Source: an uncultured delta proteobacterium | GTDB lineage: Bacteria; Myxococcota_A; Polyangia; Fen-1088 | NCBI GenBank assembly: GCA_963796685.1 | Contig: CAWCMR010000014.1 | Span: 96,001-160,000, forward strand | DNA: 64,000 nucleotides | Direction: 5' to 3' | In this document: positions 9,795 to 18,242 of the stretch, piece after piece | Layout of the letters: the number at the start of each line of letters is the position of its first letter | Position numbering within the stretch: position 1 is the stretch's first letter | Made by a program: the position numbers and the translations under genes | The notes under the pieces: generated by a model | The model's database searches: none | What the model was told of the DNA's origin: nothing | What the model saw: the letters and a program-made list of their open reading frames with translations, nothing else

Positions 9795-10588
9795 GACACC
9801 TCTGCGAGCGTGGCCTGCACGTGCTCGGCGGTCACCACCTTGGCGCGAGCCAGGGCAGCGGCGAGGAGCGCGTGATGGGCGAGCAAGTTCACCTTGCGTG
9901 GCAGGCCCTGGGTTGCCTGGAACACGGCTTCGACGGCGGCGGGTTCCAGCAGTGGCAACTCGGTGCCGGCCAGGCGCAGGAGGTGCACGAGGTACGGTCC
10001 GATTTCGTCGCGGCCGAGGCCGGCCACGTGGTAGCGGACCACGATTCGCTGCGAGAGCGCCTCGTAGGCCGCCATGCCCAGCCGCCGGCGTAACTCGGCC
10101 TGGCCGACGAGCAGCAGGCAGAGCCTGTTCTCTGCGTCCATCTGGTAGTTGGTGAGCAGGCGCAGATCCTCGAGCACCTCGGAGCGCAGGTTGTGGGCTT
10201 CGTCGACGATGAGGATGGGGCGGCAGCGGGCCTCGGCACACAGGCGGGTGACCTCGTTCTTGATCTGGCGGTAGAGCGCGGCCCGGCTGCGCTCGGTAGG
10301 CAAGCCCATCTCCCAGGCGATGGTTTTGTACAAATCCATCACATTGCCGGTGGAGAGCGAGACGTAGACGACGCGGTACAGACCGGCGTGCAGAGCAGTC
10401 ACGACTTTGCGACAGGCGCAGGTTTTGCCGCTGCCACTCTCGCCGGTGACCAGGCCGATGCCACGCATCTCGATGAGATGGCCCAGGCGGGCCTCCAGCT
10501 CTTTGCCGGCGGCTGATACAAAGAGGTCGTTGGGCTCGATCTCTTTTCCGAAGGGGTGGCGGGTGAGGCCGAAATGCTTGCGGTACAT
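9791..10588 (-). CDS. ExeA-family AAA+ ATPase (transposition helper)
   Basis: MYRKHFGLTRHPF, GESGSGKT (Walker A), LIVDEAH (Walker B), LLLVGQ, GLPRKVN. Confidence 0.88.
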   Translation of the reverse strand: MYRKHFGLTRHPFGKEIEPNDLFVSAAGKELEARLGHLIEMRGIGLVTGESGSGKTCACRKVVTALHAGLYRVVYVSLSTGNVMDLYKTIAWEMGLPTERSRAALYRQIKNEVTRLCAEARCRPILIVDEAHNLRSEVLEDLRLLTNYQMDAENRLCLLLVGQAELRRRLGMAAYEALSQRIVVRYHVAGLGRDEIGPYLVHLLRLAGTELPLLEPAAVEAVFQATQGLPRKVNLLAHHALLAAALARAKVVTAEHVQATLAEVS

Positions 10589-11800
10589 CAGCGACCTCCT
10601 TGCTTGGCTTCATCACCGTCGAAGTCGCGCAGGCGCAAGCCCGCGGGCGGCGTCTCGGGCGCGCGCGCTGGCTGCAGCGTCTTGCTGGCGTGGTCGCGCT
10701 TGACGAAGCAATTGGCGTAGGCGTCGACGGGCTTGGCCATGCCGACCTTGCGTCCGACGTGCCAGACCTCGACCTTGCGCTCGGGGCGCGTGGGGTCGAA
10801 GCGCAGCGTGACGGTTTGCCCGACGAGGATGGCATCGACTTCGTAGACGCCGCCGCGCAGGCTCACCGTTCGGTCGCGCGCGACCTTGCGTTTCTCCTCG
10901 AAGAGAAAGAGTGCGGCCAGATCGAGCCCCGGCTCGGGCAGGCGGACCTCGTCGCAGACCTGGGCCCAGCGATCGAGCGGCGTCTCGCCATCGAGACCCT
11001 TGTGCGGCCGGTGGTGATATTCACCTTCAACCCAAGCCCACAGGCGCCGATTGAGCGCCTCCAGGCTGGCGGTGTCCTTGGCGCCGAGCAGCGGGAGAAA
11101 CTGCATGCGTACCGTCCTGAAGAAACGCTCAATTTTTCCGCGTCCCTGCGGCACGTACGGCCGACTGTGGATCAGCGTGATGCCGAGCTTGGCGCGGTAC
11201 CACCCTCGTCGCGTCGTCGATGAAGGCGATGAGATACGTCTTGTGCCGTCGCTTCCCCTCGACGGTTACCGACACCGCGTGCATCACGTCACTCATCCAC
11301 AGCTCGTTCGCCTTCTCGAAGGCGAAGTGCCGCCGATCTTTGCTCGTCGGATCCTCGGGGCGCTTTTCCATCAGCCCCCGCCGCGACAGCAGGCGGTGGA
11401 CCGTCGCTGGCGCCAATTCCAGATCGGCTGGCACCTCGCCCGAGGCGCGTGCGGCATCGATCACCATCCGTACCGACAATTCCTGCTTGTCCTCCTTGAG
11501 CATGCACAGAAGGTCGGACACCTTCTGCGGGATCGCCCGTGCCTGCCCCTGATCCGCGCGCGGCTGCGGGCGCAGAGCCTCGAAACCGCCCTTGCGCCAC
11601 TCGCGTAACCAGCCGCGCATGGTCTCGGCCGCCACGCGGGTGCGGCGCGTCCCTGGGATCGCGTAGCTTTTCGACGCTTTGTCCTTGAGCCGGGCGTACG
11701 TCCCCGCTTCGCCCGGTTCCATGTGGGTCAGATCGGCAATCAATCCGTAGCGGAAGAGCGCCACATCCTCACGTCGGTCGGTCGTTGCTTCGGTCTTCAT
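10588..11800 (-). pseudogene. rve/Mu-like DDE transposase with internal deletion and frameshift near 11195
   Basis: N half ends ELWMSD..TYLIAFIDDATRVVP and joins out of frame to AKLGITLIHSRPYVPQGRGKIERFF; the DNG-bearing segment is missing; Mu-type C terminus (RKVARDRTVSL..YEV). Confidence 0.8.
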
Positions 11801-11843
11801 CGTTTTCCTCCTCGGACCCCGTGCTTGGGGTCGCCCCAGACCA

Positions 11844-12473
11844 CTACCGGCTTGTGCGCGGCGGGTCCGGCCCCGTTCCCTGTTGGCTGCGCCTTCGCTT
11901 TCGCCACCGCCGCTTTGGCCGTGGCCCGAATCCGAAAGGAGGCGCCAGCGTCCCCAGATGCGCCGCCCCGATCTCCCGCAGCCGCATCAGCGCATGCTCC
12001 GTCCCGAGCACCTTGCGCACCGACCCCAGTCGAGGCTCGTTTCCGAGCCGCCCAGGCATCAGCGTCACCAGGGCCAGCAACGCCATCCGCACCGCCCCCA
12101 GCCGCCGCCGTACCCAGCGCACGGCCCCGGGCAGCTCGATGTCTGGCCGAATCCTTTCCGCCGCTTTCTCGATGCTCTCACCTGCCGCCACCTTGGCCTC
12201 CACGATGGCCACTACCTGCTCGACCTCGTCGAGACTTCCAGGTAGCCGACTCGCCAGGCAGTCCGGCAAAAGGCTGAAGGTGGTGTGTCCCGTCGGACAA
12301 TACCAGCGGGCGATCCGCATCCCGGCTGGCTCGACACGTGCGTACGTCCCGTGCCGCTCGAGATCGCAGTCCCCGCGAGGATGCAGCGGACATCGATCCA
12401 GCCTTGCCTCTTGCCAGCCCTTTTGCCTAACGTAGTCCTCGCTGGTGAGCGCCGTTCCCTGGCGCAGTTGCAC
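11844..12473 (-). CDS. Transposon-associated Zn-finger-like protein (DUF6431-like)
   Basis: CPLHPRGDC..HGTYAR..RWYCPTGHTTFSLLPDCL; first gene of the cassette. Confidence 0.6.
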   Translation of the reverse strand: MQLRQGTALTSEDYVRQKGWQEARLDRCPLHPRGDCDLERHGTYARVEPAGMRIARWYCPTGHTTFSLLPDCLASRLPGSLDEVEQVVAIVEAKVAAGESIEKAAERIRPDIELPGAVRWVRRRLGAVRMALLALVTLMPGRLGNEPRLGSVRKVLGTEHALMRLREIGAAHLGTLAPPFGFGPRPKRRWRKRRRSQQGTGPDPPRTSR

Positions 12474-12950
12474 CGGCCACTGGCCCGCACGGCTCCAACC
12501 GTGGCGGGACTCTATTCTTGTCTATGGGTGTTCTTGCGGACGGGCACCATGCCCATCACCGGCCCCAGATTCACCCAACTTGCCCATCCCGCAAAGCCCC
12601 CACGCAACCCTGTCTCGAATTCTGCCCCCATCTCAGGCGAACCAACGCTGGCCCACTCCGCGATGCAACCGCCGGTGGATCACGAGACTACGTGAGAGCC
12701 AACAACACGGAACGATCGAGGTTTGCGATGGCGGTGTGCTGGTCATCAAGCCAGCGGTGGAACCGGCGCAAGACGAAACGATAACCTTGATTTGCTCGTA
12801 AAAACCCCGGTTTTCAGAAAGCCTGTCCGGTGGTGCTCTCGTGGAATTTTGGGTGCCCCGGCGTGGATCGAATGTGATCGTCCGGATAGGGTTCGCGCTA
12901 TTCTATGCTTCGGCGCATTCTTGACACGGATTTCGGCCGCAAAGCCGCAG

Positions 12951-13850
12951 TCAGCAGGCGCAGGTCGGAGTTGGATCGACGGCGGCGGCCACAGCTTGGG
13001 CCAGGTGGCCCACGTAGCGTTTGACGTTCAGGGCGAGCACCTTGAGGTGCACCGCCAGGGTGACCCGTGGTCGGCCTCGCACGCGCAGCTCGGCGAAGCC
13101 ATGGCATCGCTTCAACTCCGAGTTCGTGGCCTCGATGCCAGACCGGATCTTGTGCTGCTCCTTGAACTCCGGCGTTACCTGCTCCTGGCGTCGCTGCGCG
13201 ATTGCCACGTCGACGATTCGAAACGCGAAGACGAGCCGGTCACCACGACGCTGGACCGGACACTTGTCGCGAAGCGGGCAGCCATCGCAGCACTCGGCCG
13301 AGAAGATGGCCAGCCTGGTCAGCTTGCCAGGCTGCTCGTGCGCCATCGGCGCTTGCCCCATCGGACAGGTTAGCACCGTCGTCCGCGTCTGGTCGAAGTC
13401 GAAGTCACCGATGTTCGCGGTCTCTTCTGATCTGATGGTCCCTTCGACCCGATCGGCGCTCGCAGATCCGTCCCGCGCTCTTCGGCCCCGACGATGTTCT
13501 CGCCGCCCGCGTAGCCTGCGTCGGCGTATCGCGTTTCAGGCGTCGCCCCGCACGTCCGCGCCACCTGGTCGAGGACCGGCGACCGGCAGCACGTGCTGTT
13601 GGTCGCTCTCGTTGGCACCGTTCACGCTCACCGCGGTCACCACCTCGAACGGGTTGTTCTCGCCGCATGTCTCGACCAGCTGGGCCTCGTAGCCCTTGCC
13701 CTTGTAGCCATACGTCACGTCGGAGTCCGACGGGCTCTGCAGCGACGACGAGGACGGCTTCTCCTGCAGCTCGATCTGGACCGGCGCCTCCGTCGTCGGC
13801 GGTACGCACTGGTCGCGGTAGAGCCGCTGCAACAGAGCGAACGCTTCCAT
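12951..13850 (-). pseudogene. IS1182/IS5-like transposase remnant, 5'-truncated and frameshifted
   Basis: LQSPSDSDVTYGYKGKGYEAQLVETC, YADAGY, CDGCPLRDKCP, RSGIEATNSELKR..LRVRG across three ORF pieces. Confidence 0.75.
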
Positions 13851-14097
13851 GCCCGAAACGGAGCGATGGTCTGATGCACGCGTAAATGCACCTCGCCAGC
13901 GACGGGACAACGGTGTCAAGGCTCGCGAAGCGACGGCCGAAGGCCGCTTGGCCTTGTCACCGTCGTCCGGCGCTGGCACCAAGAAATCGAAGGCATTCAA
14001 CCGCCAATCAATCCATTCTAAACAGCGAGGAGCCCAAAATGGCCATGGGGCCTATTGGGACCTATGGCCATTGCAGTTTCAGGTACTGATGCCGGGG

Positions 14098-15960
14098 CTA
14101 CTTGCAGACGAACGTCGTGACCGTCGCCTTCGGCAGCGAAGCGCTGAACGTGCCGCCGGTTACGGTGACCGCAGTCCCTGCCTTGAGGTCGTCGGTCGAA
14201 GATGTCACGTTCGGCGTGCACGACGCTGGCGCTGTCCCGCCGGAGATGGCGATCGGCACCGTTGCATCAGCGGTGCCCTTGTTGATGGCCACGACGACCA
14301 CGTTGCTCGATCCCGTATAGGCGGAGAGCAAGAGATCCGCGTTGGAATTCCCCGTAATATCCACCCGCTTGTAGCCTGGTCGTACGAACTTGCTGTAATT
14401 ACCAATCGTGTAATGGCGCTTGGTATCGGTTCCGTCCTGCAGCCATATGCCTTCGTTGTCGTTGGTGCCGTTGCTGGACGCGGACATCGGCTGGTACCAC
14501 CAGTAGAGCCAGGCTGACGCATTGCCGGTCACGAGCGCGGAGTGAATCCACCCTGCCACCGCGACGCCGTTGTTGATATCACTGCTCGGCCCCTGTTCCG
14601 CCCACCACTTCACGCCGGACATCTCAGTCTGCCAGACCTCTTTCTTTGCCGCGGTAACATCGCTTGGCCAGGCGTAAGCCTGCTGCGAGTCGTACTCGTG
14701 CACCCCGACGATGTCGAAAGCGGCCCAGGCCGTCGCATCTGCAGCCAGGAAGTGGCCGTAGTCGTATCCTCCGCCCGTCGAGCACTTGCTGGCGCAACCA
14801 GTAGCGGTGAGAGTATTGCCGAAGCAACCGCAGCCCAGCGGGTCCGAGCTGTTCTTGCCCGAAACATCAGGACCGGCCGATACATTGGACCACTGGTGGT
14901 TCCATTCTGATGCTTCCGCTGCAATGACCTTGATGTTCTTTGCTTGGAGCTTGGGGCCTGCCACCTTTACCCAAGCCACAAACTCGGTGGCGGTAAAGGC
15001 CATCGTATCGTAGTCGCCGTTGCACGGGTCGCTCTTGCCACACGACACGAAGTCAGGCTCATTCGCGATGGACATGGCGTACAGGCCGGTGCTCGATGCC
15101 CAGCTGGCTATGGTCGTTGACCACGAATCGTAACAGCTCGATTTCAGGTGTCCGCCGTAGGTGCCGTCGGTATTGGTGCTGTCCCTGCAATTGGCAGGCG
15201 CCATCCAGACCGACCCAATGGCTTTGAAGTCACTGCCCGCAGCGCTCTTCGCTGCGGAGATATTGCTCGACTCCCCGCTGTTATAGGAGTTGCCATCGCT
15301 ACCCATGCCGGTACGCAGAATGGACAAGCCGATCCCGCTCGTCGGGCTGAAGAGTGAGGACGTTTTGGAGGACGGTATGGGTTGCCAATTATCGTTCATG
15401 CCAAACCCTTGGATGGTTTGCTCAGTCTGATCGAGCTGCACCGTCACGCCCGTCGAGGTCGAGCCGCCAGCGCCCGAGTCGACGCCAGAGCTGGTGCCGC
15501 CATCGCCGCTACCGCCGACGGCCGAAGAACCTCCTTTGCCCCCTGTCGAGCTTCCGCCCGCATTGCTCCCGCCAGCACCGCTGCCGCCAGCTGCCGAACC
15601 GCCCTTGCCACCAGCTGCACTTCCGCCAGCGTTGTTACCGCCGGCCTGCGAACCGCTGCTGCCTCCGGTCGCGCTGCCGCCAGCCTGCGAACCACCGGCC
15701 CCGCTCGTTGTTGTACCACCGGAATTGGCGCCGCCGGAGCCGCTGCTGCCACCCTTCGCCGTTGTTCCGCCTTGGCCGTTGCCACCATTGCCGGTGCTTC
15801 CGCCGTTTCCGCCGGCGCCACCTGAGGAGGTGCTGCCGCCCGTTCCCGAGGAGCCCCCGTTGTTAGAGCAGTTCACCATTACCATGGCGAGGACGGCGGG
15901 CCCGACTAGCAGCTGGCACGTGCGACGCATAGATTCCGACACAAAATTGCCTGTTCGCAT
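14098..15960 (-). CDS. GH30 xylanase-like protein with Gly-rich linker, probable lipoprotein (intact paralog)
   Basis: Signal ending MVNC; QTIQGFG, GLSILR, SVWMAP, ANEPD, WQTEMS, AWLYWW, GNYSKFVRPG. Start 15960 or 15930. Confidence 0.85.
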   Translation of the reverse strand: MRTGNFVSESMRRTCQLLVGPAVLAMVMVNCSNNGGSSGTGGSTSSGGAGGNGGSTGNGGNGQGGTTAKGGSSGSGGANSGGTTTSGAGGSQAGGSATGGSSGSQAGGNNAGGSAAGGKGGSAAGGSGAGGSNAGGSSTGGKGGSSAVGGSGDGGTSSGVDSGAGGSTSTGVTVQLDQTEQTIQGFGMNDNWQPIPSSKTSSLFSPTSGIGLSILRTGMGSDGNSYNSGESSNISAAKSAAGSDFKAIGSVWMAPANCRDSTNTDGTYGGHLKSSCYDSWSTTIASWASSTGLYAMSIANEPDFVSCGKSDPCNGDYDTMAFTATEFVAWVKVAGPKLQAKNIKVIAAEASEWNHQWSNVSAGPDVSGKNSSDPLGCGCFGNTLTATGCASKCSTGGGYDYGHFLAADATAWAAFDIVGVHEYDSQQAYAWPSDVTAAKKEVWQTEMSGVKWWAEQGPSSDINNGVAVAGWIHSALVTGNASAWLYWWYQPMSASSNGTNDNEGIWLQDGTDTKRHYTIGNYSKFVRPGYKRVDITGNSNADLLLSAYTGSSNVVVVAINKGTADATVPIAISGGTAPASCTPNVTSSTDDLKAGTAVTVTGGTFSASLPKATVTTFVCK

Positions 15961-16289
15961 GCGCGAAGTTTGGGCCAGAAGGCAATGCGGAGTCAAGAGA
16001 TCATGCGAGCTCAAGAGTGCGCATAAAATTACTATGATCTCCGTGCTTTTGGCAGGGATGGCGCGTTGCGGATCACCCTCTCGGAGCGTAAGAACAAACC
16101 GTCAAGAAATGGGAAGTGGCATCCAGAAATGCGAAAAATGCGTTGCGCACGGGCAAGGTGAGAAAAAATCGAAACTAACTTATGAAAACGCGATCTGAGA
16201 TCGCCCTAATGGGCATATAAACAGCGCAGTCGGTATGTCGCGCGCGGTGAAGCCACGGGCGAGCGGATGTTCTAAATAAGGATAGTGCA

Positions 16290-18215
16290 ATGAACACAGC
16301 ACGGAAATCGATCACCAGCGTCGGAATCGCGGTCCTCTTCGCGGCTTGCAGCTCAGGCGGGGGCCAGGGCGGGGGCTCTGGCGGCAGCCAGAGCGGCGGC
16401 TCGGGCGGAAACGAGAGCGGGGGCTCGGGCGGTAGCCAGAGCGGGGGCTCGGGCGGCAGCCAGAGCGGGGGCACGAGTGGCAGCCAGAGCGGTGGCTCGG
16501 GTGGCAGCCAGAGCGGGGGCTCGGGCGGCAAGGGGAGCGGTGGCTCGGGCGGTAGCCAGAGCGGGGGCTCGGGCGGCAACGCGAGCGGTGGCACCACTGC
16601 GAAGGGCGGAACGAGCGGCGGCGGCGCGGGCGGCAGTGCAGCCGGCGGCACGACGAGTAGCACGGGTGGCTCCAGCACGCCGAGCGGCGGCACGACCGGC
16701 CCGGGTGGCAGTCAAAGCGGTGGCGCGACAGGCGCGGGTGGTGATTCGTCGCCCGGTAGCGGCGGGACCACAACCCCCTCGACGGTCCTTGTAACGTCTG
16801 CTAGCGGCGCCTACTGGAAGACCGGTACATGGACCGAGGTGACCAGCGGGAGCGCCACGGTTACGGTCAATGATACCTCGACCGCGCAGAACTGGGAAGG
16901 CTTCGGCGGCGCCTTCAACGAATTGGGGTGGACCGTTCTGACCTCGGCCACCATGCAGACTCAGGCCTTGACCTTGCTCTTCAGCCCCACCGATGGTGCA
17001 AACTTCACCATGGGGCGAATCCCGATGGGAGCGAGCGACTACGCCACCAGTCGCTACACCGACGACGACGGTTCGTGGACCGACGTCAATGCCAGCAGCG
17101 GCACGCGCCAGCCTGCGGACACGTCCATGGCAAATTTCTCGATCGATAGAGACAAAAAGAATCTGATCCCCTACATCAAAGCGGCGATGGCGATCAAATC
17201 CGATATTCGTTTCTGGGCCAGTCCGTGGACGCCACCGGTGTGGATGAAGAGCGGGTACAATTCCAACCAAGCTGGCAGCATGTCCGGCTGGAAGCCGTCA
17301 TTCTACGATGGCGGCAACATGAGCAGCGACTCTGGAACCTTGACGGCCTACGCCCAGTACTACACGAAGTTCGTGCAAGGGTACAAGGATCAGGGCATCA
17401 ACATCGAGCTCGTCTCGCCCCAGAACGAGCCAGGTTATGAGCAGAACTACCCGTCGTGCCTCTGGGACAAGACCACCTACGTCAGCTGGGTCAAGACTCT
17501 CGGGCAGGCCATGAGCAGCATCGGCGTCAAGGTCATGCTGGGTACGCTGTCGAATAATGGCGACACTGTTGAAGGCGTCAAGAGGACAGACCTTGACATC
17601 GCGTCTGCAGTGCTAGCCGATAGCACCGCGAAGGGCTTGGTCACGGTCGTCGGCGTCCAATGGGGCATACTCGACGCGGTGAACAAAGGTCAGACGTTCC
17701 AAGGGCTGCCCGTCTGGGCCACCGAGCACAAGTGCGGCAACTATCCGTGGAATCCCTCTGGCTCTCCTACGTACAACAGCACCCAGGCGCCCAACGATCA
17801 GGCGTACGGGGTGGAGAGCTGGGGCTACATCCGAGACGCGATCACAAAGGGAAAAGTGACGGCCTACAACGCCTGGAACATGGTCCTCGACAAGTCCGGC
17901 CTGGGCATCGACACGTCTCGTGATTGGAAACAGGATGCGTTGTTGGTGGCGAATTCGGGAAGTGTTACCGCAACGCCCGCCTACTATGTCTTCCGTCACG
18001 TCTCGCAGTACGTGCAGCCCGGCGCCACCGTGGTTGGCACCTCCGGCGGCGATGCAGTCGCCTTCAAGAACCCGGACAACAGCCTGGTTGCGGTCGTCTA
18101 CAACTCTGGCGCCGAGAACAAGAGCTTCATCGTCAAGATTGGTGGCAAGATGCTCCAGTTCGACATGCCCGGTGACAGCAAGGGCGCCTGGGCCACCATC
18201 AAGTACGGCCCGTAA
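16290..18215 (+). CDS. GH30 glucosylceramidase/beta-1,6-glucanase-type lipoprotein with GGSGGSQS repeats
   Basis: Lipobox LFAAC; WEGFGGAFNE, RIPMGASDY, WASPWTPPVWMK, QNEP, WATEH, WNMVLD, YYVFRHVSQYVQPGA, AFKNPD. Confidence 0.88.
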   Translation: MNTARKSITSVGIAVLFAACSSGGGQGGGSGGSQSGGSGGNESGGSGGSQSGGSGGSQSGGTSGSQSGGSGGSQSGGSGGKGSGGSGGSQSGGSGGNASGGTTAKGGTSGGGAGGSAAGGTTSSTGGSSTPSGGTTGPGGSQSGGATGAGGDSSPGSGGTTTPSTVLVTSASGAYWKTGTWTEVTSGSATVTVNDTSTAQNWEGFGGAFNELGWTVLTSATMQTQALTLLFSPTDGANFTMGRIPMGASDYATSRYTDDDGSWTDVNASSGTRQPADTSMANFSIDRDKKNLIPYIKAAMAIKSDIRFWASPWTPPVWMKSGYNSNQAGSMSGWKPSFYDGGNMSSDSGTLTAYAQYYTKFVQGYKDQGINIELVSPQNEPGYEQNYPSCLWDKTTYVSWVKTLGQAMSSIGVKVMLGTLSNNGDTVEGVKRTDLDIASAVLADSTAKGLVTVVGVQWGILDAVNKGQTFQGLPVWATEHKCGNYPWNPSGSPTYNSTQAPNDQAYGVESWGYIRDAITKGKVTAYNAWNMVLDKSGLGIDTSRDWKQDALLVANSGSVTATPAYYVFRHVSQYVQPGATVVGTSGGDAVAFKNPDNSLVAVVYNSGAENKSFIVKIGGKMLQFDMPGDSKGAWATIKYGP

Positions 18216-18242
18216 CTGCGTAGCGACTCTCCCAACTGAGGG

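Larger units (their letters stand above)
9481..12704 (-). mobile_element. Four-gene transposon: Zn-finger ORF, Mu-like DDE transposase, ExeA-type AAA ATPase, small ORF
   Basis: Coupled co-oriented genes; possible imperfect ends TGTCAGAAGTTCAAGTAGTC (9481) and GACTACGTGAGAGCCAACA (to 12704); no target duplication found, so the ends are tentative. Confidence 0.7.

Noticed and set aside
12705-12850. Possible additional IS ends (TTTTCAGAAAGCCTG; TGGTGCTCTCGTGGAA)
   Set aside because: No paired IR or DR could be identified, so boundaries cannot be supported.
14038-14072. Imperfect hairpin downstream of the minus-strand GH30 gene
   Set aside because: A plausible terminator, but the stem has mismatches and the U tract is short.
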